A stretch of DNA of 28,412 nt, taken from positions 1 through 28,412 of the IMG/VR virus record IMGVR_UViG_3300037424_002284. One strand, 5' to 3'. This document shows positions 16,672-26,015 of the stretch, piece by piece. The stretch's first letter is position 1; the number at the start of each line of letters is the position of its first letter. The translations under genes and the position numbers were made by a program. This DNA is from a virus. Lineage: Duplodnaviria > Caudoviricetes. A model generated the notes under the pieces. That model had not been told where the DNA came from and did not search any database. It saw only the letters and a list, made by a program, of their open reading frames with translations.

Positions 16672-17540
16672 ACCTCCTCCTTCATCAATTCTTCTATAAT
16701 TTTAATTTGTTCATCAGTCAATTCTAAAGTATTAAGCTCAATTGCTTTCTCTACATTATCTCTGAAATCTAAGCTCATTCCCCGGGAAGACCCTTTAACT
16801 GTTTCTATAAAAGCTGATAATCTTCCTTCGCGTTCTTTCTTCTCTTTGATATGAGAATCTGTGACCATATTCCTATCATCAGGAATAAGGATAGATTCAA
16901 CAATTTCTTTTTCTGTATCAATAAACCATATTTTAGGGTCATAATCAATCATATCGCTTTTTTGGCGATTCATACATCCAGCCATAACAACATGGCGGCC
17001 TCTTTCTTCATAATGGAATCCATGATGTTGATCCCCACAAAAAATCCATTTAGCGTTAGGATATTCTTTTAAAAGTTGAGAAGCTGTCATAGCTTTATCA
17101 GTTGGAGGCAAAGATTTTTCATCCGGGAATATTAACTTATGAAAAAAATATAAACCGGTGTCTGCTCCTTGTAAATTCTTGTCCCCATAAATTTCATATC
17201 TACCTAACGAATCAACTAATTTAAAATTAGAATGTCGCATCATAACACCAAATGAAGATTCGTCAATATTTTTCCATAAATGTTCTGGAATTTCATGTTG
17301 CCCTGGAATTACATAAAGTGTTTGATCACGAAAAATATCTACAAATAAATTTTTATATATTTCAGGAACAACTGGTTTATGAAAAATATCTCCGCATATC
17401 ACAAGAGGGCACCTTCTGCCAGACACTATTCCAGATATAAATTCTAATTGAAGTTTTTGTGTTTGAAACCAATTTTCATCTAATCTGGCTTTTGGTCTAT
17501 CTGGACGAATGTGTATGTCTGCTGTAAATATAAATTTCAT
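16668..17540 (-). CDS. Mre11/SbcD (gp47-like) metallophosphoesterase nuclease
   Basis: FTADIH, CGDIFH, PGQHE, FHK, CGDQHH, AGCMNRQ..D. Confidence 0.9.
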   Translation of the reverse strand: MKFIFTADIHIRPDRPKARLDENWFQTQKLQLEFISGIVSGRRCPLVICGDIFHKPVVPEIYKNLFVDIFRDQTLYVIPGQHEIPEHLWKNIDESSFGVMMRHSNFKLVDSLGRYEIYGDKNLQGADTGLYFFHKLIFPDEKSLPPTDKAMTASQLLKEYPNAKWIFCGDQHHGFHYEERGRHVVMAGCMNRQKSDMIDYDPKIWFIDTEKEIVESILIPDDRNMVTDSHIKEKKEREGRLSAFIETVKGSSRGMSLDFRDNVEKAIELNTLELTDEQIKIIEELMKEEV

Positions 17541-17566
17541 TTGTTATCCTTTCATATTTGTAATAA

Positions 17567-17767
17567 TTACAATATTGGTTCTAACGAATTTTCTGGTAAT
17601 TCAAAAAATGGAGTCTTGTTTGGTAAAACAGTAACAGGAACCCCATCAGATATACATCCATAAGTACAGCCTTCATAACCGTAAACTATTTCATCTTTCT
17701 TAACCGTTCTTTCTAACCATCCACATTCTAATGCAGTAACATTTCTTTTTACTTTAAATCTTTTCAT
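17567..17767 (-). CDS. Small phage hypothetical protein
   Basis: Y.G.TYGCI..G..VT....PFFELP; GGAG RBS. Confidence 0.7.
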   Translation of the reverse strand: MKRFKVKRNVTALECGWLERTVKKDEIVYGYEGCTYGCISDGVPVTVLPNKTPFFELPENSLEPIL

Positions 17768-18846
17768 ATTATGACTCCTTTTAATGGTTGATTACAAAGA
17801 GGGCACGATTCCGGCATCTCTTTCTCTAACTCCACTATTTCTTTAGCTGCCCTTTCGAATCCCAGAGTATTTTTTTTAATATCATCCACTGTAAATCTAA
17901 GATCATCGAGTCTATTTTCCTTTTTGGATATTTTATCATACAAAGTAGTGATTTCTTCAGAAAGTTGGTTAATTCTTTTAAAGTCAATTTTATCGATTTC
18001 ATAAACATCCTCTTTATATTGTTTAAGAGATTTTACTATATTTGTCAGCTTCGCAAGCTTGCTTTCTTTCTCGTATAATTCATCATCAAAGATAACAATA
18101 TCATTCATTAAACGGGTGATCTTATCAAAGTCATAATTGATAGAGTCAACAATTTTTTGATATGATTTTATTTTATCTAAGATAACCTTTATAGAATTTA
18201 ATTTGTCTTCTTCTTTCTTGATTCTATTTTCCCAGCGCTCTGCCCGGATAATTATCTCTTCTGCTTTCTCTAACCAATTAAATTTTTCAATTTCTTTTTG
18301 GGTTTTTTCTATATCCTGGATGTCTCTTTCTATATCCTGCCCTGTTCTTTTACGAGTTAATTCCGCTTTTGACAGTACTTTATCAATAAGGTCGAGATGA
18401 ATTATTTTATTGAAAAATCTGGCAATCTCCGCAGGTGATTCTGATAAAAGGAAAGGCTGATCGAACTGTCGCTGCATATTTACTTCTGAAAAATTTAATA
18501 ATTCAGAAACCTTCGCTGGAACGTCTGTACCAACTGCTTCCAATTTATCTACATCATTTATTATATAACCATTAAAATCTTTTGTCCGTGTCCGTGCAAT
18601 TTTTGGACCTTCTTCAAGAGTAACTATAGATGAATGTTCTTCTATTGGTTGATGTTTTTTATCACGATTCCAATAGGAATTCATGGAAAGCCCCGAGGGC
18701 CTATTATTACTAATTGTTCGAAAATCTCGAAGTATAGCAGTCTTCCCACTTTTTGAACTTCCGATAATTACATTAATCCCTTTATCAAATTCTAATAAAG
18801 AATTTTTATAGCTCTGGTAATTAATAAGTTGTAATGACTTTATCAT
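17764..18846 (-). CDS. Rad50/SbcC (gp46-like) N-terminal half
   Basis: MIKSLQLINYQSY, Walker A GSSKSGKT, Q-loop QRQFDQPF, coiled coil, and zinc hook CPLC eight residues before the stop. Confidence 0.9.
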   Translation of the reverse strand: MIKSLQLINYQSYKNSLLEFDKGINVIIGSSKSGKTAILRDFRTISNNRPSGLSMNSYWNRDKKHQPIEEHSSIVTLEEGPKIARTRTKDFNGYIINDVDKLEAVGTDVPAKVSELLNFSEVNMQRQFDQPFLLSESPAEIARFFNKIIHLDLIDKVLSKAELTRKRTGQDIERDIQDIEKTQKEIEKFNWLEKAEEIIIRAERWENRIKKEEDKLNSIKVILDKIKSYQKIVDSINYDFDKITRLMNDIVIFDDELYEKESKLAKLTNIVKSLKQYKEDVYEIDKIDFKRINQLSEEITTLYDKISKKENRLDDLRFTVDDIKKNTLGFERAAKEIVELEKEMPESCPLCNQPLKGVII

Positions 18847-19196
18847 ATTTTTACCATTTTTATTTTGGGAGGGAATAATTCCGGATTCGTATCATCGTAA
18901 TCTTCTGGCTCTGGGCATCTAATTTCTAATGGAACTTTCATCAATTCTTCTAGTGACCATTTTACTACTTTTAAATCTTCTGGTGTGAATCTTTCATAAT
19001 ATTTATTCTCAAAAGAATTTAATTCTTGTAAACACCATTCTATACTATCATTACCAAAATTTTCATCTTCCCATACTATATGAGATGGGCCAAAACATAA
19101 TGGAGAATTATCTTTATTCAATTTACTTAAAGCTTTTATATAAATTTCTGCGACTGGCTCAGACCATCCCCAATAACAATACCAACATATTCCCAT
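18843..19196 (-). CDS. Hypothetical protein
   Basis: CWYC...FGPSHIVWEDEN; 117 aa. Confidence 0.7.
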   Translation of the reverse strand: MGICWYCYWGWSEPVAEIYIKALSKLNKDNSPLCFGPSHIVWEDENFGNDSIEWCLQELNSFENKYYERFTPEDLKVVKWSLEELMKVPLEIRCPEPEDYDDTNPELFPPKIKMVKI

Positions 19197-19198
19197 TT

Positions 19199-19471
19199 TT
19201 ATTTAACCTCTATATTTATTTCAAATTCAGGATGCCCTTGACAATTAAAATGTGTTATCCCACTTGCTGAAGTTATCATTGAAGAATTACTTTTTATTGT
19301 AAAAGATCGTCTTTCATATTTCTGCCATGCCCACACTGTTTTATCACATATTCTACATTGAGTTATAGCGGGCCAACCATAATAATTATCATCTGTTATA
19401 AGATGATATACTCGTCCACCTATGAAAACAAAAAGTATAAAAATTAAATAAATAAACACATATATTCTCAT
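19199..19471 (-). CDS. Membrane-anchored small protein with CxxC...HxxC
   Basis: N-terminal TM segment; CRIC and HFNC. Confidence 0.6.
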   Translation of the reverse strand: MRIYVFIYLIFILFVFIGGRVYHLITDDNYYGWPAITQCRICDKTVWAWQKYERRSFTIKSNSSMITSASGITHFNCQGHPEFEINIEVK

Positions 19472-19473
19472 AT

Positions 19474-19680
19474 CTATTCTTCCTTTGCTTCAATACATTT
19501 TACTTTGATGCACTTTTGATAAGTTGGTCCGTTACATTCACATATAGTGTTACATTTATTTTTCCAATTTTGTTCACTTTGTTTTAAATTATGAACAATT
19601 GAATGAGGGCAATTCCAAGTCTTTAAAACTTCTTTACAATGCTCAGTATTGGCATGATCACAAATATATTTTTTATTCAT
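19474..19680 (-). CDS. Cys-rich small protein
   Basis: 68 aa with eight Cys. Confidence 0.55.
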   Translation of the reverse strand: MNKKYICDHANTEHCKEVLKTWNCPHSIVHNLKQSEQNWKNKCNTICECNGPTYQKCIKVKCIEAKEE

Positions 19681-19750
19681 ATATCATATAACAGGATTTT
19701 GAGACAAAAAAATCAATAATTATTTTCTTTTTCTTAAAAAAGTTATTAGT

Positions 19751-21163
19751 TTACTCTTTCTTTAAAAATAGAAATATAGCAATCGCAATAGGGGAAACGA
19801 CATCAAAGAAAAAAGCTGGCATCAATGAAAGAAAAAAATGTATCTTCTCTTTCGGAACTCCAAATATTGTAGAAAGCCACTCATAAAATGAAATGTAACT
19901 TCCAGATTTTTCATCCGCAGCAGTTGTTTCTGGACTGGTTTCAAGTTGTTTTGTCTCTTCTTCTCTCAATCTTTCAAGAGATTGACTATAACGATCAAGA
20001 TCTTTTTCAGCCTGACTAATTCTCCATTGTGTATCAGTAAAAGTCGTTCCATGTCCTTCTCGTGTGCTTATATCCTCTATTTTTGAAGATATTTTATTAA
20101 ATTGAGATATCTGATTTCTTTTTTCGTTTATCCTATGAATTAAATCTTGCTTCCTTTCCTGTATGTTTTTCCATTTTAATTTCCCTGCGCTAATAGTCCG
20201 ATATTCTCCGGATATATCTTGTTGATTTAACATATATCTTTCATAACGCCCGGAAACAGTAGCTGAGATAGAAAATGTAGCAACGATTAACCATAAAATT
20301 ATAAACCCGATTATAGAAATTGTTTTCTTCCAATATGCTATTTTACGAAAAGAAATAAATAAAAGAATAACCTCAAAAGATATCACCGAAAATAATACAA
20401 AAATACAACCAGCAATAATAGCAAGAATCCCAGGAAGAAATTCCATAGATAATTTTATATTATAAAATATAGAGACTATAATAGATCCAATACCAACTAT
20501 AAGCATACTCCATTTAATAACATAAACTGCAAGAGACATATCATTTTTATCTGTTTTCGGTCTCTTCTCCTGCCTGATTATCTTTTCTTTCACTCCATCA
20601 AATGTTTTAACTATTTTTGTAGTGTTAAATTTGAATTTCTTTTTTGCCACCACCGGAACTTTTATAGGTTCATCTTTATATTTATCAAGAGTTATAGATG
20701 GTTCCGAGGATTTTGAAGGCTCAATTTCAATATGTTCTTCTTTAAATTTTTCTTGTTCTAAAGTTAAAGGATCGTGTTGATGTTCGTTTGGTCCTATAAT
20801 TGCCTCTTCTTTATCTTCTTCTTCCAGTTTTTCCCGGAAAGATTTTAAACCAATACTTTTTTTAGGTAATGTTTGTGTTTCTTCAACAACATCTTTAAGT
20901 ATAAGATTAACTGTTTCTACTGGAACATTATGAACTTCTTCTATAATAAATTCTTTCGGATCTATATTTTTATCCTCCGGAAAACGATACCAATCCCCAA
21001 TAGCTTCTACATAATTGTCCTCTGCTAAAGCGGCGAGATATTTTTTAGCTTGGTCAGAAGAAAAATTTAAAGCATTACAAATTTCCTGAAGAGTAGGGAA
21101 ATGTCCTTTATGTCGAACAAGTCTATTTATCGTTCTTTTGATTTCGTGTTTTGTCTTTTCCAT
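19751..21163 (-). CDS. LexA-like winged-HTH fused to a multi-pass membrane/coiled-coil protein
   Basis: GHFPTLQEICNALNFS...AKKYLAALAEDNYVE, charged linker, three TM segments, long coiled coil, C-terminal TM segment. Confidence 0.75.
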   Translation of the reverse strand: MEKTKHEIKRTINRLVRHKGHFPTLQEICNALNFSSDQAKKYLAALAEDNYVEAIGDWYRFPEDKNIDPKEFIIEEVHNVPVETVNLILKDVVEETQTLPKKSIGLKSFREKLEEEDKEEAIIGPNEHQHDPLTLEQEKFKEEHIEIEPSKSSEPSITLDKYKDEPIKVPVVAKKKFKFNTTKIVKTFDGVKEKIIRQEKRPKTDKNDMSLAVYVIKWSMLIVGIGSIIVSIFYNIKLSMEFLPGILAIIAGCIFVLFSVISFEVILLFISFRKIAYWKKTISIIGFIILWLIVATFSISATVSGRYERYMLNQQDISGEYRTISAGKLKWKNIQERKQDLIHRINEKRNQISQFNKISSKIEDISTREGHGTTFTDTQWRISQAEKDLDRYSQSLERLREEETKQLETSPETTAADEKSGSYISFYEWLSTIFGVPKEKIHFFLSLMPAFFFDVVSPIAIAIFLFLKKE

Positions 21164-21164
21164 T

Positions 21165-21698
21165 TTATAACGCTGAAGCGAATTTAATCTCCTTCATCTC
21201 TAAGCTGTGATTAAAATCCTGTACAATATCACTCGTATATTTCCATCTTCTATAATTTTTAATCTTTCTATTCAAACCACCATTATAATACATAGCTGTA
21301 AATTTTATATTCCCTTTCGCTTTAATATACGCTAATTTCAGCCGGGAACAACTTACATCTAAATTTGTTGATATCTCATATAAATCGTTAGGATTCCCAT
21401 TGTAATGACATGGTAATGGTTGCATACCCCCTATTTCCCCATCTTTCCCTAATGCCTTCCAATCTCCCCGGGTTTCTCTCTGAACAAAAGCGCAGATGAG
21501 CAGTGGATGTAAATCATATTTAGTGGCATAATATTTTATTTCACTGAATATATTAATATTTATCCATTTGTATTTTGAATAAGCAATAATATAATCATCC
21601 TTCACATAGAAATAAGAGTATGTTTTTGTTTCTAAAAAACATAATGTTATACTAATTAATACAAAGACAAATATTCTTTTCAAAAGAGGATAGTCCAT
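21165..21698 (-). CDS. Lytic transglycosylase (SLT domain) with N-terminal anchor or signal
   Basis: LICAFVQRET (catalytic Glu), GEIGGMQ, N....C..L, YYNGG. Confidence 0.85.
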   Translation of the reverse strand: MDYPLLKRIFVFVLISITLCFLETKTYSYFYVKDDYIIAYSKYKWININIFSEIKYYATKYDLHPLLICAFVQRETRGDWKALGKDGEIGGMQPLPCHYNGNPNDLYEISTNLDVSCSRLKLAYIKAKGNIKFTAMYYNGGLNRKIKNYRRWKYTSDIVQDFNHSLEMKEIKFASAL

Positions 21699-21712
21699 GG
21701 AGACCTCCTTTT

Positions 21713-22015
21713 TTATTTAGATTTTATTTCTTTTGATTTATGACATTCTTTACAAAGAGTTTCTTGATCTTCCGGATTGCATAATAAATTTTTTCTTATT
21801 ACAAGATATATTTCTTCCCAATTTAATATTCCTTTTTTATGATGTACTTCAACTTTAAATTCCTTACCTTTAGCTTTACTCTGTTTTCTTCCACAATTAA
21901 CACATGTGTATTTATCACGTTTTATTGTTTCTGCTCGTTCTCTACTTCGTAGCCATAATTGACGAAGAGCAGCTTTAATTTTATTATTCGGAGTATAATT
22001 TAATTTTTTACCCAT
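21713..22015 (-). CDS. HNH endonuclease
   Basis: RDKYTCVNCG...EVHH...TLCKECH. Confidence 0.85.
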   Translation of the reverse strand: MGKKLNYTPNNKIKAALRQLWLRSRERAETIKRDKYTCVNCGRKQSKAKGKEFKVEVHHKKGILNWEEIYLVIRKNLLCNPEDQETLCKECHKSKEIKSK

Positions 22016-22610
22016 TTTCTTTGTTGTACCCTTTATGTATTTTTAAATGACATGAACGGCAGAGAGTAATTAAATTGTCTTCATTGTTATTCTGTTTATT
22101 AAAATCTTTATGATGAACATCTAAACGTTTAGGGATTTTATCACATTTTTTAGATTGACAAATATAATTATCTCTTTCTTTTATTATTTTTTTTAATCTT
22201 TTGCCCCATCTAGGACCATATATTCTTTCTCCTCCTTTCCACGAAGGACTTAAACTACCTATTTTATAAAATCTTGGATTTTTTTCATCCTTTTTCTGTT
22301 GAGAAAATTTTAATCGGTTTTCTAAAGTATGTGTTTTGCCATAAAATGGACCATCTTTTCCTAATTTTATTTTAGACCAATGTTTTTTATTTTTTATTGT
22401 ATGGTGCTTTCCATAAAATGGATTTTTTTCTCCACATAATTTTCCTAAAAGAGAATCACTAATTTTTTTTCTTACTTCTAAAGAGTCTACTGGATTTTTT
22501 ATTCTTAAATTATGTCCAGGTAGAAATTTATGTCTCACAATAGCACCACAACCACATAAACATTTCTTTCCTGGATCCAGACCGATATATTGGTTATATT
22601 TATTTCCCAC
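22008..22610 (-). CDS. NUMOD3-repeat HNH homing-type endonuclease
   Basis: CLCGCG, GEKNPFYGKHHT, PFYGKTHT, WKGG, ERDNYICQ...LDVHHKD.NK.NN...NLITLCRSCH. Confidence 0.88.
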   Translation of the reverse strand: MGNKYNQYIGLDPGKKCLCGCGAIVRHKFLPGHNLRIKNPVDSLEVRKKISDSLLGKLCGEKNPFYGKHHTIKNKKHWSKIKLGKDGPFYGKTHTLENRLKFSQQKKDEKNPRFYKIGSLSPSWKGGERIYGPRWGKRLKKIIKERDNYICQSKKCDKIPKRLDVHHKDFNKQNNNEDNLITLCRSCHLKIHKGYNKENG

Positions 22611-22815
22611 TTTTATCCTTTTTCTTTATATCCTCATTCAACTTATTATTCTCCTCTGAATATATATAAGAACCAAGCATAAACAAAGAAAAAAATAGAT
22701 AAGCAATCCACCAAATTATTATTTTGTATATAATAGTTTCCTTAGATACAAACAAGCAATAATACGTGTTTAATAGTATTCCAATAAACAATGCCCAGAT
22801 AACTACAATTTTCAT
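22600..22815 (-). CDS. Small two-TM membrane protein
   Basis: Two hydrophobic segments and a charged C-terminal tail. Confidence 0.6.
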   Translation of the reverse strand: MKIVVIWALFIGILLNTYYCLFVSKETIIYKIIIWWIAYLFFSLFMLGSYIYSEENNKLNEDIKKKDKSGK

Positions 22816-22996
22816 TTTTTAACCTCGCTTAATTCGGTATAATCGATAGGGTCAGTAAAACTTCTCTTTAAATAATCCTTACCACCATCTACAGAAACTC
22901 TTCCACATTTACAAGTCACAAAATCATGTCTATGCATACTTTCAATTACATCTTTACAAAAGTTGCATTGAATTTTATTTATTAATATCCTTTCAT
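22812..22996 (-). pseudogene. Small Zn-binding phage protein whose start codon is out of frame
   Basis: Reading frame ..RILINKIQCNFCKDVIESMHRHDFVTCKCGRVSVDGGKDYLKR..VKK* is intact. The ATG behind AAGGAGG reads ATG AAA GGA TAT TAA, one A short of MKRIL. Confidence 0.65.
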
Positions 22997-23005
22997 ATTT
23001 CCTCC

Positions 23006-24118
23006 TTAAAATTTAGATTTTCTACCTATCGCAGTATTTGATTTTATTTCTATCTGCTGCCATTTGTCTTTAACTCTTTTTGTGAGTTCCTGTTCGAGAT
23101 TGTTTTCTTCGATATATTTAATCAGTCTTTTTAAAGACAATTCAATATCGTCCCATTTTAATAAAATCTTTTCAACCCCAGTCTTATTTTTACCCATATC
23201 TGTTTTTAAATCATATAAGAACATGAGATTACTTGTGATATTGTCTACTCCATAATCAAACAATATAGTAATAAATCCCTCACGGAAAGGCTTCCCGACC
23301 TTATTTTTAGAATTTCGGATTTTAACTGTAATACCGGCTATTCTTCCTCCGATCTCATGCTTTTCCGCAACGGCAAGCCAAAATATTTGAGATGCATAAA
23401 AATCAAGTGCTTTCCCGCCCATCCGAACGAATTTACTACCAAACATCACGCCTATATTTTCGCGGACCTGACTGATTATAAGTAAAAGGCATTTTTTAGT
23501 CTTTATTTTGTTTCGCATGATTCTAAAAAATTCACTGGATCCTTTAGATTTGCTTTGACCAAAAGAACCTGGAATCTTAGTTTCGTTTTCAATAGCTTTC
23601 ATTTTTTTATTATGATGTTCTATCTCTTCTTCTGTAGTTAAGGAATCAAAGCTGTCCAGAACATAAATAAGCCTTTGGTTATCCTTTAATTTATCAAGCT
23701 TTTTATTAAGATTGTTTTCAAACCCTTCCAAAGTCTCACTAGGTTTATCATCATCTTTTACAATATCTATTCCCCATATTTTTTTTGAATTAAAACTATA
23801 TCCAGCTTCAGCATCATCATAAGTCCAAACTAATTCATTTCCAAATTGTTTATGGGCAGCAGCAACAATTTCCGAAGCCAATAATGTTTTCGAGCTTGCC
23901 TGATCGCCGATGATATTGACCATCTTACCCCAAGCCATTCCCTTTCCGCCTATAAGATCAAATATATCTGCGCCTGTAGAAACATATTCCACTCCGGGAA
24001 TATCTTCCTCTTCAATCTCTTCGATAACCGGTTGTTCCACATGCTCTTCAATTTGATTTATTACATCATCAGTTTGCTGCTCTTCCTGCTCTTTTGCTGG
24101 TCGTCCTCTTTTTGTCAT
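23006..24118 (-). CDS. recA: RecA/UvsX-like recombinase
   Basis: STG...D...G.G...GK...I.G, P-loop GDQASSKT, VLDS, IISQVR..IGVMFG, GGKALDFYAS, KNKVGKPFR. Confidence 0.9.
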   Translation of the reverse strand: MTKRGRPAKEQEEQQTDDVINQIEEHVEQPVIEEIEEEDIPGVEYVSTGADIFDLIGGKGMAWGKMVNIIGDQASSKTLLASEIVAAAHKQFGNELVWTYDDAEAGYSFNSKKIWGIDIVKDDDKPSETLEGFENNLNKKLDKLKDNQRLIYVLDSFDSLTTEEEIEHHNKKMKAIENETKIPGSFGQSKSKGSSEFFRIMRNKIKTKKCLLLIISQVRENIGVMFGSKFVRMGGKALDFYASQIFWLAVAEKHEIGGRIAGITVKIRNSKNKVGKPFREGFITILFDYGVDNITSNLMFLYDLKTDMGKNKTGVEKILLKWDDIELSLKRLIKYIEENNLEQELTKRVKDKWQQIEIKSNTAIGRKSKF

Positions 24119-24124
24119 ATTATT

Positions 24125-24460
24125 TTATCCATTTTTCTGTATAAATTTATCTATTTTTTTAGCCCACTTTATCCATTTTTCCCATGACTCTATATTCCAA
24201 CTTTCTTTCCATATATTTCCACAACAACTTTCACATCCTCTCTCTTCTATTTCTAAATTCAAAGGACATTTTCCACAATCATCAATTGCAGTGCTTAAAT
24301 ATTTACTACAATAAGGGCAATCATCTGCATACCAATCTTCACATATATCTACATGCATAAGAAGTTTATCCGGTACTCCTTTTTGTGGTTGCTCTTTAGC
24401 CCACATTATCATTCTTTGATAATGTTCATGAGCTTCTTGTTTCAAAGTTTTTTTCTTCAT
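24125..24460 (-). CDS. Cys/Trp-rich phage protein
   Basis: CPYC...C..CPL...CC. Confidence 0.65.
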   Translation of the reverse strand: MKKKTLKQEAHEHYQRMIMWAKEQPQKGVPDKLLMHVDICEDWYADDCPYCSKYLSTAIDDCGKCPLNLEIEERGCESCCGNIWKESWNIESWEKWIKWAKKIDKFIQKNG

Positions 24461-24471
24461 ATCATTCTCCT

Positions 24472-24651
24472 CTATATTAAATCAACAATAATTTGGAAAC
24501 AAAATTTAAATATTTGAACATCTAAAAATATAAACATTAACTTAGGTGAATGATGACAAAATGTTAAATTAAACAATTTAAATTCTTCCCCGGAATACCA
24601 TCCCAAACAAAACGATATATTTTTTATTGCAAAACGAATACTTGTCTTCAT
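24472..24651 (-). CDS. Hypothetical protein (59 aa; not in ORF track)
   Basis: Hand translation MKTSIRFAIKNISFCLGWY...IIVDLI; fills the gap, AAGG upstream. Confidence 0.45.
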   Translation of the reverse strand: MKTSIRFAIKNISFCLGWYSGEEFKLFNLTFCHHSPKLMFIFLDVQIFKFCFQIIVDLI

Positions 24652-24667
24652 CTTTTATAATACCTTT

Positions 24668-24700
24668 AAAAAGTCCCCGGGGATAACATACACCCCGGGT
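24668..24700 (-). terminator. Putative intrinsic terminator
   Basis: On the - strand, CCCGGGG-N10-CCCCGGG hairpin followed by GACTTTTT, just after the 24706 stop. Confidence 0.7.
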
Positions 24701-24705
24701 TAAAA

Positions 24706-24936
24706 TTATTCTCTACCATCCCTTCGCGCAATTCCGCGAAGCATCATCGCCAGTTTCTCCTGATGGAGAAACCAGCGCCCCCCTACTTTTCTTCCTAAAC
24801 TGTATCCCCGTGGAGGCGGACCCGCCCATTTTATCAGAGTTGGCTTGGAAATGCCTGTCAATTTAACAGCTTCCGGAGCTGAAATATAATCTTCTAGCTC
24901 GTACAAAGCTTCTTCTACTTTGTTAAAATCATCCAT
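24706..24936 (-). CDS. Excisionase-like/MerR-type HTH protein (HTH_17-like)
   Basis: YISAPEAVKLTGISKPTLIKWA...GRKVGGRWF. Confidence 0.8.
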   Translation of the reverse strand: MDDFNKVEEALYELEDYISAPEAVKLTGISKPTLIKWAGPPPRGYSLGRKVGGRWFLHQEKLAMMLRGIARRDGRE

Positions 24937-24939
24937 AAT

Positions 24940-25989
24940 TTACTCTTTACTCAATCTCCTCTTTTCTTTTGAACAGGCAGTCCAAATATCCTCATTGCAT
25001 CTGTGACATTCCTTAAACTCTTCCACATCAACTCCAAACTTATGTCCAGAAGGACATTTACCATCATTTTTTTCTTCTCGCGGTTCCGGCTTTGCTTCTT
25101 CATCTCTTAACGAAGTTCTTTTAGGAGCATCATCTTTAGCTTCTTCAGACCTCATTCCTCTTAATCCGGAAACACTTTTACTCACTGGGACATCCTCTTC
25201 TTTCTTCGTCTCTTTGCTGTCTGCGGCATCTCCCTCATCTGTATCAACGGAAAGGTGTGCATTCCTTACCTCCTCGTATGTAGGGATAATAAGAAGATCA
25301 TCCAGGGCTATTGTGTTATTGTAAACATTGTCCTTATAAGGTGGTCTTTTCTCAAACCTGAAACTCTTGTATCGAAAAAATTTACCCTTACTGGATTTTT
25401 CTTCCGTAGCCCTAAAAGAAATAGTTGATCCCTCTTCAAGATCCCAGAATAGTTGCAGCTCTCCGCTTGAACCGGACTCTTCCAACAACTCCTTTTCAAA
25501 AAGGAAATGCGATTCCTCGAATATCTGTACTTCCTGTTCCCGTTCCGATAAATCAAGATTTACGACATTGTAGAATACTCTACGTTTAGGGTCAAGAGAT
25601 TTTAGATAATCTTCGTCCGCTGTTGGATCTTTTTTAAGCTCCATTCGTTCTTCACATATCGGGCAGGGCTTTCCAAACATCTTTTGCAAGCATAGATATG
25701 TGCCTTCACTTGAACCCACTCTTCTGTGGACCCAAATGTCCAGGATGTAATCAGGTTCTCCTTTCTTCATCTTCTGAGGATGGTTATCTGTTTTGATCAG
25801 ATAGGGAAGAATATCGATATGATTTGTTCCGTCTTTAGGACGGTAAAAAAGATTTTTCCTGAAACCTCCTATTTTTGATAGATCGATTGCTCTGGTTCCT
25901 GAAAAACCTCCTGACGAATTCCGTTCATTATAGTTTTTCTCCAACCTTTCTCTTGCAATCTTTTTTTGCTCTTCGCGTGATAGCGACAT
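24940..25989 (-). CDS. gp32-like single-stranded DNA-binding protein with extra C-terminal Cys cluster
   Basis: H...C......CPICE Zn site, PKRRVFYNVV, FWDLEEG..I.F, acidic linker, then CPSGH.FG...ECHRC...C; AAGGAGG RBS. Confidence 0.75.
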   Translation of the reverse strand: MSLSREEQKKIARERLEKNYNERNSSGGFSGTRAIDLSKIGGFRKNLFYRPKDGTNHIDILPYLIKTDNHPQKMKKGEPDYILDIWVHRRVGSSEGTYLCLQKMFGKPCPICEERMELKKDPTADEDYLKSLDPKRRVFYNVVNLDLSEREQEVQIFEESHFLFEKELLEESGSSGELQLFWDLEEGSTISFRATEEKSSKGKFFRYKSFRFEKRPPYKDNVYNNTIALDDLLIIPTYEEVRNAHLSVDTDEGDAADSKETKKEEDVPVSKSVSGLRGMRSEEAKDDAPKRTSLRDEEAKPEPREEKNDGKCPSGHKFGVDVEEFKECHRCNEDIWTACSKEKRRLSKE

Positions 25990-26015
25990 TATTTTAAACC
26001 TCCTTTATTTTGGTC

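Noticed and set aside
21713-22610. HNH genes as part of a group I intron
   Set aside because: They overlap or closely abut neighbouring ORFs, with no interrupted host gene and no non-coding space for a ribozyme core.
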